From an uncultured virus (IMG/VR IMGVR_UViG_3300006105_001031) (taxonomy: Duplodnaviria; Heunggongvirae; Uroviricota; Caudoviricetes), in the IMG/VR virus record IMGVR_UViG_3300006105_001031, positions 54,242-74,241 of that record: 20,000 nucleotides of DNA; one strand, given 5' to 3'. Positions 8,943 to 16,365 of this stretch are shown one piece after another. Position 1 is the stretch's first letter. The number at the start of each line of letters is the position of its first letter. Under the pieces are notes generated by a model. That model saw only the letters and a program-made list of their open reading frames with translations, did no database searches and had not been told where the DNA came from. A program made the position numbers and the translations under genes.

Positions 8943-9494
8943 GTGAATATTTTTTATATTGATACTGACCCTGTTGTTGCAGCGCAAAACATGGTAGACC
9001 GCCATGTTGTTAAGATGATTCTGGAATCTGCACAGCTTCTTTCTACTGCTCATCGTGTTGTGGATGGTGTAGAATATGAAGGCCAATCTAAAACAGGTCG
9101 TAAAGCAAAACGATGGAAGCTATATGATGCAAGGGAAGAGCATCTATACTCAGCAACTCACGTAAACCATCCTAGTGCGGTTTGGTGCCGAGAATCTGTG
9201 CGCAACTATATTTGGTTGTATGAGCACTTTGTTGCTCTTGGTGAAGAATATACTTATCGATACGGCAAGATTCATGCAACTATCGAAAAACTGGCATATC
9301 ACCTAGAAGCTATTCCTGAAAATATTAAAGAATGGCCTATGACTCCCATGCCTTCTTGTATGGATCAAGAATATATCATTAGCGATGATCCTGTTGTAAA
9401 TTACCGAAATTACTACATAAAAGGTAAGAAATCCATGCATTCTTGGAAGAATCGACCCGTCCCAGACTGGTTTAACCTAAATAGTGTTGACTAA
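8943..9494 (+). CDS. Pyrimidine dimer DNA glycosylase / endonuclease V-like family protein
   Basis: GTG start with a strong SD. MNIFY...D.HVVKMILESAQLLSTAH...THVNHPSAVWCRES..NY.WL..HF.AL..EYTYRYGKIH...YRNYY...W..R..P.W matches a conserved phage/bacterial family usually annotated DenV-like. The activity is inferred. Confidence 0.7.
   Translation: MNIFYIDTDPVVAAQNMVDRHVVKMILESAQLLSTAHRVVDGVEYEGQSKTGRKAKRWKLYDAREEHLYSATHVNHPSAVWCRESVRNYIWLYEHFVALGEEYTYRYGKIHATIEKLAYHLEAIPENIKEWPMTPMPSCMDQEYIISDDPVVNYRNYYIKGKKSMHSWKNRPVPDWFNLNSVD
9476..9483 (+). promoter_or_regulatory. Late promoter candidate (CCTAAATA) upstream of the HAD gene
   Basis: TAAATA core about 25 nt before the ATG at 9509. It shares the TAAATAGTGT context with the site at 636. 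Confidence 0.5.
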
Positions 9495-9508
9495 TAATTG
9501 AGGTTATA

Positions 9509-10126
9509 ATGAAAATCTTCACTGATTTCTTTAGCGAGCATGCTGCTGCGCATTATTTTGACATAGATGGCACAACCTTTGACCCATCATATGGACCTAA
9601 TGCTGTAAGAGTTCAAGTATATGATGCAAATGGAAATCATATTAAATCTTTGACTCCGTATGAATACACAACATATAAGAAAGAGCCAGGGCATCATTTA
9701 GACTTTAGTGAATTTAGTAGCGCAAAGAAGTTTGCAGAATCTAGACCAATTCGCAAGATCATAGCGAAGGTCAAGCTACTACAACATACTGGTGGTGATG
9801 CTCAGTTCTTGACCGCTCGTCCTGACTTAGACGATAAGCAAACTTTTGCTGATCATTTTAAGAAATATGGAATAGATATAAATAAGATACATGTACGGAG
9901 AGCAGGCAATTTGGATATGCCTACACCAGAGGCTAAGAAGAAGATTGTTTCAGACCAAATTAAAGAAAGAGGACTTACAAGTGTGCATTTATATGATGAC
10001 GATGAAGCTAATCTAGATAGTTTCTTAAGTTTGAAAAAAGAATATCCCAAAGTTAAATTTACTGCACATCATGTTCACCATAATTCTGAAACAGGCAAAA
10101 CTACTATAACAATAAAAAGAATATAA
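9509..10126 (+). CDS. HAD-superfamily phosphatase (Pnkp 3'-phosphatase / RNA-repair HAD-like) with a CTS-like N-terminus
   Basis: Motif I YFDIDGT, motif II FLTAR, Lys in PEAKK and motif IV LYDDD. N-terminus MKIFTDFFSE. Confidence 0.75.
   Translation: MKIFTDFFSEHAAAHYFDIDGTTFDPSYGPNAVRVQVYDANGNHIKSLTPYEYTTYKKEPGHHLDFSEFSSAKKFAESRPIRKIIAKVKLLQHTGGDAQFLTARPDLDDKQTFADHFKKYGIDINKIHVRRAGNLDMPTPEAKKKIVSDQIKERGLTSVHLYDDDEANLDSFLSLKKEYPKVKFTAHHVHHNSETGKTTITIKRI
9877..9884 (+). promoter_or_regulatory. Late promoter candidate (TATAAATA) upstream of the 10136 gene cluster
   Basis: Exact T4 late consensus within the HAD gene, about 250 nt before the next start. Confidence 0.45.
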
Positions 10127-10135
10127 GGATAAGAG

Positions 10136-11365
10136 ATGGGTAAACTTCTAGACAAGGTATTAATGATTCTTCAGAGTGGTAAGGGCGGACTTACCATGAC
10201 CGGAGAAAAGAAAGAACCCATCATCATTAATCCTACTATTGATAATAGAAGAACTGAATCGTACGATCCTTTAGGTGAAGATAGACTATCACAAACTCCA
10301 GAACTTCCTAAGAAAAGACCAGAAAAAAATACTAGTCTACAGGCAAGAACTAAAACTGCATTAAGTGGACACTCTCCAAAAAATGTTCTTGATTCTGAAA
10401 AAAGATCTAAAGAAGGAACAACCCCAGGAGTTGATCCAGTAAAGACAACCACAAGAAATACTAATGAAGCTACTGATGCTTCTATTAAACGTGGAATGGG
10501 TACTGTTGATCTAGTCAATGCTTATGCCAAAGATACTCCAGGACAATCACCAATTAAGTCAACAACAAAAGAACCTGGAGAAGAGCGTAGAAAGAAACAA
10601 TTAAGAACTCCAGACAGACCTGTTGTTCCTTTCACAAGACCAAAAGAAAATGAGGCAATGCATCTTCTAGGCGCAGACAAGATGGTTGCTGATAGACCAG
10701 ATTTAACTCCAGCAGGCGACCAAATGCCTCGTCGCCGTCAAGCAAGATTAGTTCGTGCAGTTGAGAGTATCATGTACGGCGAAGAAATGAATGAACCCGC
10801 TCAGGCTGAAGGCATGGGCGGGATTTCTGCGAATAATTCAGAAACTCTTGGTGGACAAAGAAAGCCAAAAAAGCCTTGCGGTTGTGATAAGTGTAAGGCA
10901 GTAAAAGAGGGATTCACTGATCTTGATGGTTCCGCTGGTAGCGAGAACCAATACGGTAGCGAGTATCAAGATAAATTTCCAGACACAACTCCATGCATGC
11001 ATACTCCTGCTGGTGTATCTTGCCCCAAGCATGGTAAAAAGAAATGCCCCAAAGATGGTCTAGTTAAAGAAGATTCTGGTAGCGATAAACCAAATAAAGG
11101 TAGACTATTTTCTAATCTAGAAACAGCAAGAAAATGGGCCAAATATTATGGCGGTGTTGTTGGATTAGATCCTGCTACTGGTAAGTATTTTGTATCAGGC
11201 AAAGGAATGTATAGTCAAGAAAGTTTTATGGGAGGTGGTGTTCCTTTCGCTGGTAATGCTGGCCCTGGTGGAAAGCTATCTGTTGGTGATGAAGCTGGTA
11301 TGAATAACGATCCAGTTAAACCTAGAAAACCAATGAATAGAATCAAGGGATATGTCAAGAAATGA
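10136..11365 (+). CDS. Hypothetical low-complexity protein, 409 aa; putative internal head protein
   Basis: K/P/T/G-rich and likely disordered. Contains a GTVDLVNAYAKDTPGQ motif and two Cys/His clusters, and lies in the late cluster. Confidence 0.6.
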   Translation: MGKLLDKVLMILQSGKGGLTMTGEKKEPIIINPTIDNRRTESYDPLGEDRLSQTPELPKKRPEKNTSLQARTKTALSGHSPKNVLDSEKRSKEGTTPGVDPVKTTTRNTNEATDASIKRGMGTVDLVNAYAKDTPGQSPIKSTTKEPGEERRKKQLRTPDRPVVPFTRPKENEAMHLLGADKMVADRPDLTPAGDQMPRRRQARLVRAVESIMYGEEMNEPAQAEGMGGISANNSETLGGQRKPKKPCGCDKCKAVKEGFTDLDGSAGSENQYGSEYQDKFPDTTPCMHTPAGVSCPKHGKKKCPKDGLVKEDSGSDKPNKGRLFSNLETARKWAKYYGGVVGLDPATGKYFVSGKGMYSQESFMGGGVPFAGNAGPGGKLSVGDEAGMNNDPVKPRKPMNRIKGYVKK

Positions 11366-12549
11366 TTGAAGATAAAAATAAAGGCCAGCGTCTATTAGAA
11401 GCCATTAGTTTTGTTAATGCATCAAAAACAAATGGCCGATTCGCTGGATCCGTAGTTAAAGGTGCTAAAAAACTTGGATCAGTACTGGCTTCTCCTTTCC
11501 GCAAGAAACCTACTGATAAAGAAAAGGCATATAAAGAAAGACTTAATGCGCGCCTTCAGCATACTAAAGATATTCATGATATCAAACTTCAGCATCACCA
11601 AAGTAAAGTTGGGATAAGTGCTGCAGATAGAGAAGCTGCTGCCAAATTAAGAAGCAGCGCCAATGCAGAAAGAGATACTTCTTTCCACGGCAAACAAAAA
11701 TCTAAATTAGAATTAAACAAAGCTCTTTCTGATGTTAAATTAGGACAGCATAAAGCAAAAACTGATATCAGTTCTTCTGCAATTGCTGATAGAGAAGCTA
11801 GAAAAGCAGCGAATATTAAAATGAGAAGTGATGCTGAGGCACAAAAACGCGCAGAAAGAATGAAAGAACGCGAAACGTCTACACAAACATCATTGAGCGT
11901 TGATGCGAAAAAACGTGAAGCAAGACAAGCTGAACGAGAAGCAGCTGCTGCTCTAAGGTTAAAGACTGCTGCCAGAGCTGCTTTGTCAAGATCAAGACTG
12001 CAAAGAGCTAGACATAAGCAAGACCAAACGAAAAGAGAAGCACAATTAAATCAAGTTGTGGCTACTAATGCAGCCAGAACAGCAGCACATGCTGAGCGCG
12101 GTAAGATTAAAGTAGACACGGCTAAAGAAATTGAAAAATCTATCGCAGCAAGAAAGCTAGTAACTCCAGAAAGACCTGCTTCAAAAAGAACACAAACTGC
12201 AGGATCGCCTGTTACTATTCATCCTGATGTTGCTGCGAAGGCTGAGGTTGCTAGAAAGAAACTTGCAGCTAAATCTGCAGCACCAGCAACTACAGAACAG
12301 CCACCCAAACCAACATCACCAACAGTAAAGACAAAACCAGCTAAACCTGTTATGGGAACGCCACCAACAGCGAACCCAACACCCACACCACCAACACCAA
12401 CTAAACCAAAAAGACCGCCTGCTGCTGCTCCTACTCCACCAAATCCAAATACTGGATCAACATCTCCTGCTGGTAGACGTTTAGTTACAACATCAGGTCG
12501 TGCTGTGAATACAACAGGAAGAGCTATTCGTGGAAAATGGAGAAAATAA
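11362..12549 (+). CDS. Hypothetical highly basic Ala/Lys/Arg coiled-coil protein with Pro/Thr-rich tail, 395 aa
   Basis: Long ORF overlapping both neighbours (ATGA and TAATG), with strongly biased composition. Confidence 0.7.
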   Translation: MIEDKNKGQRLLEAISFVNASKTNGRFAGSVVKGAKKLGSVLASPFRKKPTDKEKAYKERLNARLQHTKDIHDIKLQHHQSKVGISAADREAAAKLRSSANAERDTSFHGKQKSKLELNKALSDVKLGQHKAKTDISSSAIADREARKAANIKMRSDAEAQKRAERMKERETSTQTSLSVDAKKREARQAEREAAAALRLKTAARAALSRSRLQRARHKQDQTKREAQLNQVVATNAARTAAHAERGKIKVDTAKEIEKSIAARKLVTPERPASKRTQTAGSPVTIHPDVAAKAEVARKKLAAKSAAPATTEQPPKPTSPTVKTKPAKPVMGTPPTANPTPTPPTPTKPKRPPAAAPTPPNPNTGSTSPAGRRLVTTSGRAVNTTGRAIRGKWRK

Positions 12550-12992
12550 TGTCACAATTAGGCGATGACTTAAGAATGAATTTAGCAGATACATTTGCCT
12601 TGTATCTTAAGACACACAACTATCATTGGAATGTCGAAGGCGAAAACTTCTACGAGTATCATAAGTTTCTGGATGATATCTATAATGAGCTATGGGAAGC
12701 AGTTGATGCTATTGCTGAGCACATTAGAGCTATTGGAGAATACGCTCCAGGATCATTCAGTAGATATTCTGAACTTACTGTTATAAAAGACGAAACTGGA
12801 TTCCCAGAAACTGGTCTTGATATGATCAAACAGCTGGCTGAAGACAACGATAAGGTCATTTCTAGATTAAAAGTATCGCAGAAGTTAGCCGAACAAGTAG
12901 GTGAGGTTGGTGTGGCAAATTTCTTGCAAGACAGAATTGACATCCATAATAAGCATCAATGGATGTTTAAAGCCACAATTAAGAATAGATAA
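12549..12992 (+). CDS. dps: Dps / DNA-binding ferritin-like protein
   Basis: LADTFALYLKTHNYHWNVEGENFYEYHKFLDDIYNELWEAVDAIAEHIRAIG contains the Dps ferroxidase signature (H..HW.V.G..F...H...D.IAE), with C-terminal HNKHQWM. The likely start is ATG 12549 (TAATG overlap, GGAG at 12539). Confidence 0.93.
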   Translation: MSQLGDDLRMNLADTFALYLKTHNYHWNVEGENFYEYHKFLDDIYNELWEAVDAIAEHIRAIGEYAPGSFSRYSELTVIKDETGFPETGLDMIKQLAEDNDKVISRLKVSQKLAEQVGEVGVANFLQDRIDIHNKHQWMFKATIKNR

Positions 12993-13004
12993 CATCCTTT
13001 TTTT
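12961..13004 (+). terminator. Possible intrinsic terminator after dps
   Basis: GGATGTT (12961-12967) and AACATCC (12991-12997) form an inverted repeat followed by T7, but the 23-nt loop is atypically large. Confidence 0.3.
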
Positions 13005-13011
13005 ATAAATA
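13004..13011 (+). promoter_or_regulatory. T4-type late promoter (TATAAATA)
   Basis: Exact consensus in an intergenic gap, about 32 nt before the ATG at 13044, which has SD GGAG. Confidence 0.75.
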
Positions 13012-13043
13012 TAACAAAATACCTACACACTCGGAGAACGAAC

Positions 13044-14747
13044 ATGGCATTTACTAAAGCTGAAATCCTTAATGATATTGATACCCTAAGCAGTGAAGAT
13101 TTCGCTGAAAAGTATGCTGGAGTAGATGTTTCTGCCATCATGGAAGGTGGAGACCAACTCTATAAGCAAATTATGGCTAAGAAAATGGAAGGCGCTAAAA
13201 CATCAACTCATACGGATTCTACGGGCAGAACATATAAGGTAACTATGTCTAAGCCAACTCCAGCAGAAATTGAAGTTAAGCCACGCAGTTCAAAACTGCC
13301 ACCATTTAAAGGGTCGTTAAAAACTGAAGCCAAAGATTCAGAATACAAGCATGGCGAAATGGCTATGCATCAGCTAAAGAGCATCGTGATGAATGCTCAG
13401 AACCTAATGGGTCTAATTCCTACAGATCAAGAACTTCCTGATTGGGTGGAGTCAAAGCTGACTCTTGCTCAGGACTATGTTGACACCATCTATAACTATC
13501 TTGCAACGTCAGATGGTGATGTTTCGGAAGCAACAGAAACAAAGTCAGTTAATGAAGAAATTTCGGCAATTACAGAAACTGTTAAATATCTAGACAAGTT
13601 CGCTCCCCTTAATGAAATTTCTCACGAAATGAAAAAAGCATGGGTTCATGGAACTTGGAAGAAGCATCTAAAACATGTTGATGATAAACCAGGTACAGTA
13701 AAGCCTGAAATGCCAGCTGCTCGCCAAAAGATGTTTCGTAAAACAATGGATGCAGTAGACAAAGAAACTATGCGTCGTCAAGATGAAAAGAGTAAAACCG
13801 AAAGACAAGCAAGAGAACCAAAAGTTCATGACCTTCGTCATATGGATCACGGCGAAGTATATGACCATACTCAGACAAGCGGTAAGATTAAAGATGGCGA
13901 CGTTCTCCATGTAAAGGGTGGTGTTGCTGCTATGCTTGGTGCATGGCCAACAATGATCCACGGCAAGAGCGACGCTCTTCACCACTTCCGCGACGGAACC
14001 ACAATTCATAATTTTGAAGATGGGTCATATCACAAGACAGCAAAGGCTGCAGGTAAACTAATGGGTATCTCGGAAGATGTAGCATCTACTGTTTCTTACC
14101 TAGACAAGTTTATCGTCGAGGGTCCTCGTGGAGATAGTCCAACAAAAGGTACTCGTCTAATTTCAAGACATGAAGGTACAGACGGACACCACGCTGAAGT
14201 TCGCTACGATCCAGACTGGCAGGAATATCAAGTCCACCACTATCACATGGGCAAACACCTTGGCGAAGGTCCAGTATCATACCATGGTGAAGGAAAAGAA
14301 GGTAGACATGAAGCTACTGAGCATGCTGACCGCACAGTAAGAGATTATCATGTCAAGAATGGCAAACTGGTATCTATGTCTGAAGGTGTAGAATACGTTT
14401 CTGAAGTCTCAAAAGAAATGCTGGTTAAAAAGTATTTCCCTAAAGCAGCAGATTCGGGTGTTCGCGCTCAACATGGTGTGTTTAAAGCAAAAACAGTTGA
14501 TGATCGAGATAAAGCAGAAGCTATTGTTAAAAAAAGAGTCAAAGGTTTGAAGATGTATAAAGATAAAACAATCACAGGTAAAGCTAAAGTAAATGCTACT
14601 GAAGAAACACAGTCAGATGTTCTTTCGCCTTTCAATCCTAACTCAAAAAGAGACTTGACTCTAGAAGCCAAAATTGCGCAGGTTATGGCAGCTAAGTCAA
14701 ATATCCGCAAGGAAGCTGAGGAATCAAGATACAAAGATGTTGACTAA
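13044..14747 (+). CDS. Modular putative internal head protein, 567 aa
   Basis: Follows a late promoter. Has many (I/L/V)-x-E sites resembling T4 gp21 cleavage sites, a helical module GEMAMHQLKSI...LPDWVESKLTLAQDYVDTIYNYL, His-rich modules and a repeated TVxYLDKF linker. Confidence 0.6.
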   Translation: MAFTKAEILNDIDTLSSEDFAEKYAGVDVSAIMEGGDQLYKQIMAKKMEGAKTSTHTDSTGRTYKVTMSKPTPAEIEVKPRSSKLPPFKGSLKTEAKDSEYKHGEMAMHQLKSIVMNAQNLMGLIPTDQELPDWVESKLTLAQDYVDTIYNYLATSDGDVSEATETKSVNEEISAITETVKYLDKFAPLNEISHEMKKAWVHGTWKKHLKHVDDKPGTVKPEMPAARQKMFRKTMDAVDKETMRRQDEKSKTERQAREPKVHDLRHMDHGEVYDHTQTSGKIKDGDVLHVKGGVAAMLGAWPTMIHGKSDALHHFRDGTTIHNFEDGSYHKTAKAAGKLMGISEDVASTVSYLDKFIVEGPRGDSPTKGTRLISRHEGTDGHHAEVRYDPDWQEYQVHHYHMGKHLGEGPVSYHGEGKEGRHEATEHADRTVRDYHVKNGKLVSMSEGVEYVSEVSKEMLVKKYFPKAADSGVRAQHGVFKAKTVDDRDKAEAIVKKRVKGLKMYKDKTITGKAKVNATEETQSDVLSPFNPNSKRDLTLEAKIAQVMAAKSNIRKEAEESRYKDVD

Positions 14748-14940
14748 GGATCAAGAATATATCGTTGCTGGAGTGAAACTGGACTCAATCAACGGCACAG
14801 AAATAAAGCTAACCAAACACGGCGAACCAGTTAAAACTATTCGTAATGAAGATAAAATTGAAGTGAATCTAACTACTCCTGCGGTGACTATTTCTCTGAC
14901 TGAAAACCCAGATTATGTAAATATGCTTTCGCCGAAATAA
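14737..14940 (+). CDS. Hypothetical protein, about 67 aa
   Basis: The ATG at 14737 (MLTKDQEYIVAG...) overlaps the end of the previous gene and is a more plausible start than 14674. The ORF fills the gap to the next late promoter. Confidence 0.55.
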   Translation: MLTKDQEYIVAGVKLDSINGTEIKLTKHGEPVKTIRNEDKIEVNLTTPAVTISLTENPDYVNMLSPK

Positions 14941-14942
14941 AA

Positions 14943-14950
14943 CATAAATA
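14943..14950 (+). promoter_or_regulatory. Late promoter (CATAAATA)
   Basis: NATAAATA in an intergenic gap, followed by a strong SD TAAGGAG and the ATG at 14977. Confidence 0.7.
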
Positions 14951-14976
14951 GAAAAAGAAATTAAGGAGAAACTAAA

Positions 14977-15915
14977 ATGTCATCTTGGGGTAGTCTAGAT
15001 CAAGCAAATAATGCACCTAAATCAAAGGGTGTAATTGATGCATCTTTTATCAATTACGCTAACGTATATACACACACTGGTGGTTTATTTTCACCATCAA
15101 ATCCAGCAACGTCGAATGGAACAGTGTTTACTGTAAACTCATTCTCGACTGGTTCTGGATATAACAACGCAGATATTATCACTGTAGTAGCAGCTGCTCC
15201 TGCAGTTACTTACGCAAACGCAACATACACAATGGTAACCAATGCTACTGGATATATTCAGCAGGTTGGTGCAGTTTCGAGAGGATCTTTCTCAGCTAAT
15301 GCTGCGACAGCCAATTTCTCTATCGCTAACGCGACTGGTGGTACTGCTGCTGGTAACTCTTCTGTAACTGGGTTTTCTGTAAACTTTGCATCATCAGTTC
15401 GTGGTGATATTCTTTATGGTAACACAACTGTTAATGCTTTCCAGAACCTAGTTGCTGTTGGTGTTTTTGCTGTTGATGCTACTGAAGTTCGTGCTCAGCG
15501 CGCTAACTCTTCAGTCAGAAAAGCTATTACTGGTGGTTGGATCGAAAGAAGAAATGGTACTGGTGGTATCATTGCTGTAGGTTATACTGGAACAGCAACT
15601 GGATACAGCAACACAGATAAGCTAACAATTGCTTCTCCTGCTGCTGGTGGTAATGCTTCGGTAACTATCACAACAAACTCAACTGGTGGTTCTCTTGCAC
15701 TAAACATTACTGCTAATGGTTACGGCTTCCTTGCTGTTAACGCAACAGCAAATATTGTGGCTACTAATGCTACTGGTGGTACAATTACTGGAACTGGTGC
15801 TACCTTTAGCGCAACTGCTGGTGGTCGTGCTGGTCGTGTTCAGTATGAATCTCTAGTTGCAATGCATATCAAGTCTGAAAATCCTGCTGATAACGCTGTA
15901 TTCCCTAACTCATAA
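14977..15915 (+). CDS. Virion structural protein (decoration/fiber-like) with two internal beta-rich repeats
   Basis: MSSWG..D...APK N-terminus, GVFAVD..E, GW..R..GTG and GGRAGRVQYESLVAM motifs, recalled from T4-superfamily virion proteins. A/G/T/S/N-rich, with a late promoter and strong SD. Confidence 0.65.
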   Translation: MSSWGSLDQANNAPKSKGVIDASFINYANVYTHTGGLFSPSNPATSNGTVFTVNSFSTGSGYNNADIITVVAAAPAVTYANATYTMVTNATGYIQQVGAVSRGSFSANAATANFSIANATGGTAAGNSSVTGFSVNFASSVRGDILYGNTTVNAFQNLVAVGVFAVDATEVRAQRANSSVRKAITGGWIERRNGTGGIIAVGYTGTATGYSNTDKLTIASPAAGGNASVTITTNSTGGSLALNITANGYGFLAVNATANIVATNATGGTITGTGATFSATAGGRAGRVQYESLVAMHIKSENPADNAVFPNS

Positions 15916-15929
15916 GGGGTAATTAGAAT

Positions 15930-16349
15930 ATGACTACCAGTCCAGTAAAAATATCTGGGTTAACTCCGGCTACAGGGTTGAGCAATTCCGATGTTCTCCC
16001 TGTAAGCCAAGGGTTATACACTACTCCTGTAACTAATGGCGTGAATGCAATTACCATTGCAACTTATACTTCGACTATCCCCAGAGTAGTATCAGTAAAG
16101 AATATTAATAGCACATCTTATAGTGTTACTAATACCGATTTTATCATTCTCGCAGCAAATTCGACAATAACATTACCAGCATCAAGCAGTATGCCATATC
16201 TTCCTATTCAGGTTAAGAATATTGGCCAAACTGTAACAATCAATACAACAGGTTCTGACAAAATCGACGGTAACTCGTCGTTGGTAATCAGTACATTGTA
16301 TTCCGCTGTTGGACTTGTTTCAAATGCTTCTAGTTGGTTTATTCTTTAA
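15930..16349 (+). CDS. Putative structural protein (tail fiber/baseplate-type beta domain)
   Basis: N-terminal KISGL.PA..L...D.LPVSQ motif and C-terminal TITLP...IQVKN...TINTTGSDKIDG...LVSNASSWFIL pattern, common in phage fiber proteins. Confidence 0.6.
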   Translation: MTTSPVKISGLTPATGLSNSDVLPVSQGLYTTPVTNGVNAITIATYTSTIPRVVSVKNINSTSYSVTNTDFIILAANSTITLPASSSMPYLPIQVKNIGQTVTINTTGSDKIDGNSSLVISTLYSAVGLVSNASSWFIL

Positions 16350-16365
16350 TTAAGGAACTGTTTTA

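Noticed and set aside
9487..9510. TTGACT...TATAAT as a sigma70 promoter for the HAD gene
   Set aside because: The spacer is only 12 nt and the -10 overlaps the start codon.
12300..12450. CCA/ACA-rich stretch as a DNA tandem repeat or CRISPR-like array
   Set aside because: It is explained by Pro/Thr codons, with no fixed-length repeat-spacer structure.
14674..14736. Upstream extension of the 88-aa ORF (and the 418 and 12537 starts in the ORF track)
   Set aside because: These overlap the preceding genes more deeply than the downstream ATGs at 14737, 430 and 12549, which fit coupling or SD placement better.
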